Assembly (NCBI GenBank): GCA_963720545.1
Contig: OY970399.1
Span: forward strand, 2,624,001-2,688,000
DNA length: 64,000 nucleotides
Reading direction: 5' to 3'
DNA from: an uncultured Acidobacteriota bacterium
GTDB lineage: Bacteria > Acidobacteriota > Vicinamibacteria > Fen-336
The translations under genes were made by a program, and so were the position numbers. The notes beneath the pieces were generated by a model, which did no database searches, was not told where the DNA came from, and was given only the letters and a program-made list of their open reading frames with translations. Within the stretch, counting starts at the first letter, position 1. Every line of letters starts with the position of its first letter. Below are positions 37,001 to 47,898 of this stretch, piece by piece.

Positions 37001-37230
37001 TGGTGCGAGGTCAAGGCGATGACGGGCCGGCTCGCGGACCGGCCGGTCGGCCTTTCGCACACGCAGTTTCAGTGCGCACGCGAGCACGGCGAGGCCTACT
37101 GGCTGTATGTGGTGGAATGCGCTGGCACAGACGAGGCTCGCCTTGTTCGCATACAGAACACCGCTGGCAAGGCACGCACCTTTACCTTCGACACGGCTGG
37201 CTCGACATCGCCGAGACAGATTCCGAATAA
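34087..37230 (+). CDS. Sacsin-type GHKL ATPase with C-terminal DUF3883/NOV-like nuclease domain (frameshifts near 34180 and 37190; in-frame TGA at 36665-36667)
   Basis: HFIYELLQNAEDA, IGRFGIGFKSVY, LLFLRAI and QGPFRTTPSRD. C-terminal GFDL...EVK...LSHTQ...YWLYVV. Confidence 0.82.
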
Positions 37231-37253
37231 GAACCTCGAGAGGACTAACGCGC

Positions 37254-39103
37254 ATGGCAAAGATCGACATCACACGGACCGAGCTGGTCTGGCAAGGCAA
37301 GTACAACGAGGACGGCGCGCTGAAGGAGGTGCCGCGCGTCAGCCTGCCCTTCCAAGTCATCGAGACCGTCAACGAGAGCCGCGCCACGCGCGAGGCGAAG
37401 AAGGGCAGCGTGCAGGCCGGCCTCTTCGACTTCTATGAGGGCAAGGAGGGCGACACCTTCGAGGCGGGCTGGCGGAACAAGCTCATCTGGGGCGACAACC
37501 TGCTGGTGATGGGGTCGCTACTGGAGAAGTTTACCGGGAAGATCGACCTCATCTACATCGACCCACCGTTTCATAGCGGGGCCGATTTCTCGATTGAGAC
37601 GTCGGTTGGTGAGCAGGATCTCATCAAGGAGCCATCGTTAATCGAGGAGAAGGCATATCGCGACACTTGGGCCGGTGGTGCCGGTTCATACCTCGCGATG
37701 ATGAAACCTAGACTTGAGCTTGCGAGGGACCTCCTGGCGCCAAATGGAAGCCTATTCATCCATCTTGACTGGCATGTGGGTTACTTTGTTCGCGCGCTTC
37801 TCGATGAGGTCTTCGGTAGCGAGCGCTTCAGAAACGAAATCGTTTGGTACTACTACAACCGGTTTGCTGCTGACGGCCAGAACTTTGGGAGGAAGCACAA
37901 CGTAATCTTCTGGTACACGAAGGGTGGCGAAGTAACGTATCGGCCAATTGATGAGGCTCGCGACACCCCACAAAAGCGACTTCTCCGAAAGAAACACAAG
38001 GGTAGAGCCATTAATGTACGCGGCGAATCCGACCGAACTCGTCTACTACGACCAGACAACTAGACGCATCGACGACGTTTGGCGAATTCCGCTCGTACCT
38101 CCCGCTTCTTCGGACTACACGGGATTCGCGACACAAAAGCCCGTCGAATGAGTAAGTCGAATTCTTGAGGCTTGCAGCAGGCCAGGTGGAATTGTCGCTG
38201 ACTTTTTCTGTGGTTCTGGATCATCGCTTGTCGCGGCGGAGAAACATGGAGCCCGCTGGATCGGCTGCGATCTGGGCCGCTGGGGCATTCACGTCACCCG
38301 CAAGCGGCTGCTCGGGATCGAGAACTGCAAGCCCTTCGAGGTGCTGAACCTCGGCAAGTATGAGCGACAGTACTGGCAGGGGGTGACATTCGGCGAAACG
38401 AAGGGCAAGCCGATCGTCGAGCAGGCGCTCTACGAGTACCTGGCCTTCATCCTCAAGCTCTACCGCGCGCAGCCAGTCGCGGGGATGGCGCACCTGCACG
38501 GCAGGAAGGGCAAGGCCATGGTCCATATCGGCGCCGTCGATGCCCCCGTGACCATTGCCGAGATCGACGCAGCGGTGGGCGAGTGCGGCAAGCTTAATGC
38601 AGAGCGAGCTGCATGTGCTCGGCTGGGAGTGGGAGATGGGCCTCTATGACCTGATGGTCGAGGCCGCGAAGAAGAGCGGGGTGAAGCTTCTCCTCCTGCA
38701 GATCCCGCGGGAGGTGATGGAGCAACAGGCTGCCGCCAAGGGTGATGTGCGTTTTTTTGAACTGGCCTACCTCGAGGCGGAGATCAAACAGCCGAAGAAG
38801 CTCGCCGCGCAGGTGGTGCTCAAGGACTTCGTACTCCCCAACACCGAACTGATCCCTGAGGACGTGCGCAGCAAGGTGAAGAAGTGGTCTGACTACATCG
38901 ACTACTGGGCGGTGGACTGGGACTTTCAGAACGACACCTTCATGCAGGGATAGGTGGCCTACCGCACGCGCAAGGAGCGTAAACTTCCGCTTAGCTCCGA
39001 CGCCCACTCCTACGAGAAGAGTGGCCACTACCGCATCCTCGTCAAGGTGATCGACATCTTCGGCAACGACACCTCGCAGGCCTTCGACGTGGAGGTGAAG
39101 TAG
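37254..39103 (+). pseudogene. mod: Type III RM methyltransferase (Mod, beta class), interrupted
   Basis: WGDNL, IYIDPPF, RNEIVW, TQKP, DFFCGSG and VKVIDIFGND. In-frame stops at 38149 (TGA) and 38951 (TAG), frameshifts near 38030 and 38595. Confidence 0.85.
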
Positions 39104-39105
39104 CC

Positions 39106-41885
39106 ATGGCCAAGGCCGTCATCGCCTACGACAGAGAGCTGCCTGAGATACAGGGCCGCCAGCCATGGGAAAAACAGACTTCGTACCTGGTAAAGGACGA
39201 CGCGGCTCCGACCGGCTGGCGAGCGGAGACCTCTGGCCGCCGCCCGAGCCGACTGCTGCTGGTGCCGAGGATCCGCGCCGAAGTGGACGCTTGGCGCGCC
39301 GGCAGCTACCAAGGCGCGTCCGAGGTTACGCGGCGTCTCTTCGAATACTGGTTCGGCGACGACCACGAGGTCCCCGGCTTCGGCGTGCCTTTTCGCTATC
39401 ACTTCTGCCAACGCGAGGCAATCGAAACGCTGGTGTGGCTGGTGGAGGTCGCTGACCAGCGCGACAACCAGAAGCTCATTGAAACCCACGCGACGATTTT
39501 CAAGAAAGACTTGTTCACGAAGAACATCACCTTCCAGACCACGATGGACAGCCGGCGGCAACTGCGGCGCTATGTGCCGGAACTGGACGCTGAGGGCCTG
39601 CAGGACCTGCCGCCCCAGGATCTGCGTCGCTTCGCTCTCAAGATGGCGATGCGCTCCGGCAAGACCTAGGTGGTGGCGATGGCCATCGTCTGGGCCCGCT
39701 TCCACAAGCTGCGCTTGCCGGACTCGGAGATGTCCACCAATTTCCTGATCGTCGCGCCGAACATCATCGTTTACCAGCGGCTGGAGCGCGACTTCGCTGC
39801 CAACCGCATCTTTTACGAGCTTCCGCTGATTCCTCCCGAGTGGCGCGGGGCGTTTTCGCAGAAGGTGATCCTACGCGGCGAGGCGGCCGAGCCCGACGCG
39901 TCGAGCAACCTCTTTCTCACCAACGTTCACCAGCTCTACGAGTCGCGCGACGAGGAGTGGATGCTGCAGAACGCCGTCGAGGCGCTGCTCGGCAAGGAGC
40001 CTGCGAGGGACCACGCTGCTTCAGGCCAGCGCCCCATGCTGGAGCGCGTCAAATCGCTTCAGGATCTGATCGTGCTGAACGACGAGGCCCACCACGTCCA
40101 TGACGAGGATTTGGCCTGGAGCCGGTCGCTACTCGGCGTGCATCGCGCGCTGCCGAAAGGCCTCGCACTCTGGCTCGACTTTTAAGCCACGCCCAAGGAT
40201 CAGAACGCGATGTATTTTCCTTGGACGGTCTGCGACTACCCGCTTGCCCAGGCGGTGGAGGACCGCATCGTCAAGGCGCCGCTCATCGTCACCAAGGAGG
40301 ACGACGCCAAGCAGCCAAAGGACGACCCCGATGGCGTGACAGCCGACAACATTGGTGAGAAGTACGGCTACTGGCTGCGGGCGGCCGTACAGCGTTGGAA
40401 AGATCATTACAAGGTATACAAGCAACTCGAGGTATAGCCGGTGCTCTTCATCATGGCTGAGAAGAACGTTTACGCCGATGCAATCGGCGGATACTTATTG
40501 AAAACTAAGGACTTCCGCTTCAAGGAGACCGAGGTGTTGGTCATCCACACCGACGCAGCAGGCGAGATCACCAAGAAGGACCTCGACAAGGCGCGCGAGG
40601 CCGCCCGCGACATCGACAAGGCAGAGAGCAAGGTCAAGGCGATCGTTAGCGTGATGATGCTGCGCGAGGGGTGGGACGTCCGGAACGTCACCGTGGTACT
40701 GGGCTTGCGTCCCTTCACGGCGAGGGCGGAGATACTACCCGAGCAGGTGATCGGGCGTGGCTTACGGCTGATGACTCAGGTGAGCCCAGATCGGACACAG
40801 ACTCTGGAGGTACTCGGCACCCGCAACCTGCTCAACGTGCTGCGTAGCCAGCTTGAAGCGGAGGGCGTGGGGGTCGCCAGTACCAAGATCGATCCGATGC
40901 CACCGGTCATTATCTCGCCGATCAAAGAACGTCTCGCCTACGACATCGCGATTCCGATCACCAAGCCCAGCCTCGAGCATGACATCCGCAAGCTCTCCGA
41001 ATTGGAGGTCGAGGCGCTTGACGCCATTTACGAACAGGAAGATCTCGCCGAGGTGTTCCGGATAGAAAGCTCAAGCTCGAGTTCGCGACCACTGCGACAG
41101 AGGTCCATCAGGCCGACATCGCGTCGGACGAGTTGGCACCTGCGTCTGAGCTGCTTGCCCGCATCACCAACAAGGTCATCGACCGTGCCAAGTTGCCGAA
41201 TCGGTTCGCGGAGCTCTATCCCTCGGTGCGGGGCTACGTCGCGACCCGCTGCTTCGGCAGAACTGCGAATCTTGAGGACGAGACCCTCCTTTCCCACCTT
41301 TCCCGGTTGGAGCTGCAGGATGGCATCGCTAAGTATCTCGCCCGCAAGATCGCTGAGCTGACGATCGAGCGGCGTGCCATCGAGTTCGATAAAGCTGACT
41401 TCCGATTGTCTGATACGAAGCCGTTCAGTTGGCGGCGCAATCTCCCACCGCTTGAGGCGAGGAAGACGGTCTTCAACTACGTCGCCACCTACAATGAGTT
41501 TGAGCGCCGTTTCGCCGTGTTCTTGGATAAAGGGGCGAGCGACGTGTTGCGCTTCGCGTCCCTAGGCACGACCGAGCAGGGCGAGTCCGGCACCCAGTTC
41601 CGGGTCGATTACCTGAAGCCGAGCGGTGCAATAGGCTTCTATCATCCAGACTGGGTGGTCGTGCAGAAGACGAACGTCGGCGAAGTGAACTGGATTATCG
41701 AGACCAAGGGACGCGTCTGGGAGGGCACGACGGCGAAGGATGAAGCGCTGCAGACCTGGTGCTCACGGATCAGCCTCGCCACAGGAAAAACATGGCGCTA
41801 TACCAGGATCGACCAAGTCAAGTTCGATGGGTACACGCCGATAGACCTCAGCGATTTGCTCGATTCGTTGACGCGGCAGCTGTGA
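39106..41885 (+). pseudogene. res: Type III RM restriction subunit (Res), interrupted
   Basis: QREAIE, degenerate Walker A MAMRSGKT, DEAHH, F*ATP, MLREGWD, QVIGRGLR and C-terminal YHPDW...IETKG. In-frame stops at 39667, 40183 and 40435, frameshift near 41065. Confidence 0.85.
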
Positions 41886-42087
41886 AGTGGTCGAGCACCT
41901 ACGCCTCTAAGCACTGCCCACCATCCGGACCGCGAACACGCAACATCGTCTGATTCGCCCAGAACCTGCTATACCACGGAGAAGTAGCACGTGGGACTAT
42001 ATATTGCCGGCTGTTGCTGTCGCTGTGACCGAAGTCCGCGACAGGCACGCACCCTACACGGCGGCTTCTGAAGATCGACCATCGAGT

Positions 42088-42830
42088 TGACCTGCCCCCA
42101 AATCTAGCTCGCGTTAGGTTGGCATTTCTCCGGCCGGAATGGAGGGAATGACGCGATGCAGGCTTACGACGAAACCGATCATCGGTGCGCTGAAGGAGCA
42201 CACGAAGCCGGGCTGAAGGCTCGAAGTTGATGTGTAGCACGGCCTAGGGGAGCACACTATCTACCGCTGGAATCGAAATTGGGGGCGTGGATGTGAGCGA
42301 AGCGCTGCGACTGAAACAGCTCGAGGATGAAACCGACGGCTGAAGCATTGGTAGCCGACCTGACTCTGGACTACCATGCGCTAAAGGCGGTGGCGAGAAA
42401 AAGTGGTGACGACCACGCAGCGGCGTTCTGCGGTGAAATTCCTCACGAACGAGAGTACGCGGTGAGCCAGCGTTGTGCATGTCGGCTCCTCGGCTTGAGC
42501 GAAGCGACTTGTCGCCACCGTCGCCACGCATCGACCAGAATGTCAAGATTCACGGGCAGTTGACGACTCTGGCTGCGGAGCGGTAGGGGTGGGGCAATAT
42601 CTACGTGTGCAGGGGATATTTGCGCGACGTGCTGGTCAGCGAATGAACCACAAGCGCGTCTATCGTATCTACCGCGAGGCGGCCTGGCAGTGCGACGGCG
42701 CCGTCGGAAGCGGGATCGCTGGCTCTTACCGCCGGCCGATTGCCACGCCCACGCAAGGGAACGAGCGCTGGTCGATGGATTTTGGGGTCGACGGCACCTT
42801 TGCGTGCAGCCAAGGGCACGGAGGGTGAAC
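42088..42830 (+). mobile_element. Degenerate IS3-family (IS407-group-like) remnant
   Basis: Left end TGACCTGCCCCCA at 42088. orfA fragments RLKQLEDE and VADLTLD..ALKAV. orfB fragments VSQRCACRLLG, NHKRVYRIYRE and NERWSMDF. No DDE core or right inverted repeat found. Confidence 0.8.
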
Positions 42831-42911
42831 TCACTACACCGCACGTTAGCGTGAGCTGCAAATGGTCCCAACGGTATACTCCTGACAACACTTCTAGGTG
42901 GGGACAGCAGG

Positions 42912-45832
42912 ATGTCCTATTTCGGCGACCACTACGACTGTGTGCGCCTGCCAATCGGCGGCGCAGGGAAGCCTGGCCTACGACGTGGACAGCTCGGAGC
43001 GCTCCACGCGATCGCATCGCATTTTGTACTGAAGCGAGACGCGGCCCTCGTAACAATGCCCACAGGGTCGGGGAAGACTGCCGTCCTAGTCCTTCTGCGC
43101 CTCGCTCGAGGGCAAGGCGAGTCCTGGTTGTAACCCCTAGCCGCCTCGTGCGGGGCCAGATTGCTGAGGAGTTCGCCACGCTCTCAAGCCTCAAAGCAGC
43201 GGGAGCTCTTGCGGGAGTAGAGGACCTGCCGGCGGTTGTGGAGGTCGCAAAAAAGGATCACGTCACCGGAGGCTTGGAACAGTCTCTCTTCTGAAGGATG
43301 TCGTTGTGAGCACGCCGAACTGCGTTAGTCCAGCCCTTCGCGACGTACCGGAACCTCCCCCTGACCTTGTTCGACCTTGTGCTCGTGGACGAGGCACATC
43401 ACAGTGGGGCGCACACGTGGAACGAGTTGGTCGCCGCCTTTCCGATGGCGCAGAAGCTGCTTGTCACGGCAACACCGTTTCGTGCGGATCGCCGTGAGAT
43501 TAAGGCCACGTTGATCTACGTCTATCCGACGCGCGAGGCCTTCAACGATAAGGTGTTCGGACCCATTCGATACGAGGCGATCAAAGCCGATGCCTCCGAG
43601 GATCCCGACTCAGCCGTAGCGAAACGAGCCACAGAAGTACTTGCGGCCGACCGTAGCGCTGGCCTGTCGCACTTCCTCATGGTACGAACCGATGGTCGGG
43701 CGAGGGCAGACCACCTCGCAAAGATCTATGAGCCCACTGGACTCAAATTGCGTCTCGTTCACAGCCGTCACTCCCCGAAGGTCATCACCAAGACGATCGC
43801 GGCCCTTCGTAGGAAAGAGCTGGACGGCATCATCTGCGTGGACATGCTGGGCGAAGGCTTCGATTTCGCGAACCTCAAGATCGCCGCGATTCACAGCCCG
43901 CACAAGTCCCTTGCGATCACGCTGCAATTCATTGGCCGTTTCGCTAGGACGAATGCTCCGGACATCGGCCCTGCGACGTTCCTCGCGATTCCTTCTGACA
44001 TCGAAATCGAAGCGCAACGCATATACCGGGAGGGCTCCGAGTGGCAGGAGATCATTCCAAAACTCCTTGAGGTCCGGATTACCAGGGAGGAAAAAACGCG
44101 CGAGACACTCAGGAAATTCCACGTTGAGACGAGCGAGTCCGGTGACGTGGAAGACCTTTCACTCTACGCGTTGAGGCCGTTTTGGCACGTCCGTATCTAC
44201 AAGGTAGAGGATGGCGTCGATTTCGAAGGCGACCTTAACCTGCCTCATGGCATGAATGTCATTCATCGTGCCGAGGCTGAAGATCCTGATGCACTTATCG
44301 TCGTCACGCGGCAAGAAAGTCAGCCCGATTGGATCGACATCCCGATGTTCGAGCAGGTCGAGCACCACGTGTTCATGCTCTACTATCACGAGGCGTCCCG
44401 CCTCCTCTTCATCACGGCGTCGAAACGGACCCCGAGCCTCTACGATCGGATCGCCGCCGGTGTTGCCTCGAGTGACCCGGCTCTACTCGATCTCGACACG
44501 GTCAACAGGGCCCTCCGGGACCTTAAGGACACCGTGATGTATCAAGTGGGAATGCGGGTCCTTGGGCTCTCCAGGAGTTCCTCCTATGTCACGAAGACCG
44601 GTCCAAGACCGGCTGACGAGATTGCGCAAGGGGATGGCCGTCGCTTCGGCCAAGGGCACTGCATGGCCACCGCGGTCGACGAGGGCCAGAAGGTCACAAT
44701 CGGGCTAAGCAGCGGGTCCAAGGTGTGGGCCACCGACATACCCAGATACCCGAGCTCCTCGACTGGCTGGACGGCCTGGCCCAGAAGCTTGCTTCCGACG
44801 CGAAGGTCGATACGGGATCCGGATGGGACCGCCTGCCGAGTACACGGATTGTCTCAACTCTTCCAGACGGCCCTTTCGCCGCTGCCTGGAAGGACGTCGT
44901 CTATCGAAGCAATGTGATCATCCGTGGCCATGACGATCGCAACCAGCCCTTCGAGATACCGATCTTGGATCTCTCAATGGATATCGATCGAGCGGCCTCG
45001 TCTGCCGATGCCGTGATACTCGTGATTAGGCACGAGACGCTCTATTGGAGACTTCGTTTTTCGCTGACGGCGGCGACCCTGTTCTCGTTGGCCGAGAGCA
45101 ATTCACCAGGGCCGGTCGTTTATCACGACGGGCTTGAAGTGAGTCTCACACAGTACCTAGCCAGCGAACCCCCGTGCATATACTTCGCCGATCTCTCGGT
45201 GCTTGAAGGGCGCCAGCTCACGCGGCCCCGCTCTGACAGCCCGTTTGACGACGGTCAAGTGCGCGTGATCGACTGGGACACTGAGCAAGTCGACATCGAA
45301 GTCGAACGCGGTGCCAGCGCAAAAGGCTTGGCTTCAATTCACGACTACCTTGGCGTTCAACTTCGGCAAAAAATCTGACTCCGTAGTTGTCTACGACGAC
45401 GGTTCCTATGAGGTTGCTGACTTCATCGAAGTTGTCGGGCGTGGCGGGGACGTGTTTGTGACGTTCTACCACTGCAAGAAGTCCGCCGAATCCAAGGCCG
45501 GGGCTCGGGTTGAGGACCTCTACGAGGTCCTTGGCCAGGCCGTGAAGTCGACCGCATGGGCCTACGCCCGCGAGCGGCTATTTCGCCGCCTCCAGGAACG
45601 TGCCCATCGATCGCCCTGCCTCAACGGCGACATGAAGAAGCTCGAAACACTGTTGATGTCGAAGTTTGCACCCGATTACTACGACGTAGTAGTTGTGCAG
45701 CCCGGCCTCTCCAAGGCCAAGCTCAGCGACGAGAAGCTTGATCCGCGAGTCCGAACGCTTCTTGCTGCGACAGCTGACTACGTCACGGGGTCGGGACGCT
45801 GTCGCAGTTTCTTGATCATGTCTTCAGACTAG
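42912..45832 (+). CDS. Large SF2 (DEAH) helicase with a putative C-terminal PD-(D/E)XK-like nuclease (about 5 frameshifts)
   Basis: LRRGQ, MPTGSGKT, DEAHH, TATPFRAD, MLGEGFD and QFIGRFAR. C-terminal DDGSYEVADFI...FYHCK...LYEVLGQAVKS. Confidence 0.8.
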
Positions 45833-46232
45833 CCCTTCCGGGTGGAAGAATTGGCGGAAGTCGCTTCATCTTGGCGAACGTCCGTTGGACGTTTAACTTC
45901 GCGGCGCGTGAATCTCTTCTATAGATGTGGCGGAAGATCCCTTCCAATTCCTTCACTTCGGCGTGGGTGATGTTGTCCCAAACCTCGAAGACGGAGCAGT
46001 GGGTCCAGAGGTCCTTCTTCCTCTTGCGGTGGGACCGAAGTCGGGGCCCAATCCCTCCTTCCGCTGCCATCCCGACATAGACGACGTCGTATCGCCGAAT
46101 CCTGGGACGATATTTGTAAAGAACGTAGATGCCGCGCATTCCGCGCGGCAGATCGTCAATGTACTGCACCGAAACGAACTCTTCTTGCCGCTTGAAGAGC
46201 CTGAGTTCGCTGACCTTTGACTTGACGTTCAC
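45816..46232 (-). CDS. GIY-YIG nuclease family protein
   Basis: RGIYVLY...VVYVGMA...RLRSH...E...LN. Confidence 0.75.
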   Translation of the reverse strand: MNVKSKVSELRLFKRQEEFVSVQYIDDLPRGMRGIYVLYKYRPRIRRYDVVYVGMAAEGGIGPRLRSHRKRKKDLWTHCSVFEVWDNITHAEVKELEGIFRHIYRRDSRAAKLNVQRTFAKMKRLPPILPPGRASLKT

Positions 46233-46252
46233 GGCACGCTCCGCACGGGACC

Positions 46253-46846
46253 CTAGTGCGCGGATTGACCGCGCGGCTTGATGCTGCCTCGACGTGCCAG
46301 TGCAGCCCACGCTGCAACCGCCTTGTGTCCACGCAAGTCTGCGTACGTGTCCGTGTACGCCACGAACCAGGACAAGAGTCCATCCCATTCGGCGAGCTGA
46401 CCGGGCGGATGAAGTTGCCACCCGAGCTCCTCTAGCGTCCAGTTCGCTTTTGCGCTGTTTCGCAGCATTGATGTTGTTACTGAATTGTCGACCGTGTCGT
46501 TACCGCCGCGAGCAACAGGGTCAACATGGTCAATCGTCGGATACAGCTGCCAGTAAGCAATGTGCGTGTCGGACATCCTCCAGTTTGGGTGATAAGGAAA
46601 CGCGTCGCCGAGGCGGAGGGACAGCACGCGAAGAACGCCGGGAAACACGAGGCGGTGCCCGGAATAGCGATCGACGAAGCCGTCTCGCTTGAACAGCTCA
46701 AACGCTTCCGATGGGCGAAAAGTACGCGCTACCGGCGGCATTCGGCGGAATGGGTAGTCTTTTTGGAGGAGAGCAGTGGCCTGTCCGACGCGGGCGTGCG
46801 TCAACAGGTTGCAGACTTCCGACAAAACATCTGTTTCGGTGCCCAC
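46253..46846 (-). CDS. HNH endonuclease
   Basis: FKRDGFVDRYSG and TIDHVDPVARGGNDTVDNSVTTSMLRNSAK. Confidence 0.8.
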   Translation of the reverse strand: MGTETDVLSEVCNLLTHARVGQATALLQKDYPFRRMPPVARTFRPSEAFELFKRDGFVDRYSGHRLVFPGVLRVLSLRLGDAFPYHPNWRMSDTHIAYWQLYPTIDHVDPVARGGNDTVDNSVTTSMLRNSAKANWTLEELGWQLHPPGQLAEWDGLLSWFVAYTDTYADLRGHKAVAAWAALARRGSIKPRGQSAH

Positions 46847-46884
46847 GTGGGGGCGAGAGTATCGCAAGCAGCGGTCGACGGGGA

Positions 46885-47711
46885 CTACTTCCGGGCGGTG
46901 ACGGGAGCGCCGACGCGCAGGGGGCCCTTGCCGCGGTGCAGGGCGTTCTGGCCGAAGTAGACCTCGCCGCCTTCGCGGCGGCGGTAGGTGGCGAGGGTTG
47001 CGAGGGGTTCCTTGCCGCGGATGCCGGTGGCCTGGTCCACGGGGACGATCGAGCACCGGGCGCACGGCTTGACGATGTCGAGGGTCACCGCTTCCGACGT
47101 GCCGGGTTCGCCGATCATGAGCTGGTGCCAGTCATCCTCTTCGAATGGCGCGCTGCCGGCGATCACGAGGTTTGGGCGGAACCGGTTCATTGGCACGGCG
47201 GCTTCGCCCTTTTGCGTTGAGGCGCGCGTTCAGGTCGTCGAGCGAGGCCTGGCCGATGACGAGAAGAGGGAAGCCGTCGGCGAAACCGACGCGGCTGTCG
47301 GGTGGGGCGCGCGTTGGGTCTACGGGGCGCTCGAAGCTGTTCGGCGCGTAGACGAGGCGGCAGTCGGCGCCGAGGAACTCGCTCAGGCGCGCGGAGGCCT
47401 TGTTGTCGGCGAGCACCGCTTCGCACTCGTCGTCCCACACGACCACGGGCACGCGTGCGCGCTGCGTCATCCGGGACCGGCACCGCGATCGCCTGCATCC
47501 CCGGGGCTTCGACTACCAGACGCTGTTCGTACTCCAGCACTCTCAGCAGGGCCATCCGCGGCAGGACGCGCTGCGAGAGGAACTGTCCCTCGCCGTCCAC
47601 GAGCATCCATCGCCGGTCGAAGGCGAGGCCGAACTTGTCGAGGTTCGTTTTCTCGAGGCGGATGCCGGCGGCGGACTTCAGCGGGTAGACGTAGATGTCC
47701 TGAAGAAACAT
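46885..47711 (-). CDS. MOSC domain protein, YcbX-like (frameshifts near 47470 and 47200)
   Basis: IYVYPLKS, FDRRWML, FADGFP, RFRPNLV and KPCARC. Confidence 0.88.
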
Positions 47712-47898
47712 GGCTGGGGTTGAGTGGACCCTAGCACCGCCCAGTCCCTGGTGCTGCCGGCGGATCAGCCAGGATCGCCGTCACGGGCGGTGAGCACCAG
47801 GTAGGTGCAGGCGTCGCGGCTGACGAAGACGGTCAGGCCACCCCAACCCATATCTCATGCATACGACCCGGCTGCAGAAGTAGGCTTGCTTCGAAAAA

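Noticed and set aside
31209..37230. Gabija, BREX or DISARM
   Set aside because: No OLD/TOPRIM GajA, PglZ/BrxC, DUF1998 or PLD components were recognisable.
36665..40437. Stop-codon recoding or A-to-I editing in the RM genes (two TAGGTGG sites at probable Trp positions)
   Set aside because: The stops are of all three types and appear to replace different residues, for example Ser in the SAT motif. TAG also ends mod and many core genes normally, and the Walker A is damaged too.
30200..46880. Prophage, ICE or tRNA-integrated element
   Set aside because: No integrase, phage or conjugation genes, tRNA or flanking direct repeats were seen.
47740..47835. Possible gene fragment on the minus strand (TVFVSRDACTYLVLTARDGDPG*)
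   Set aside because: Too short to assign a family or confirm as coding.
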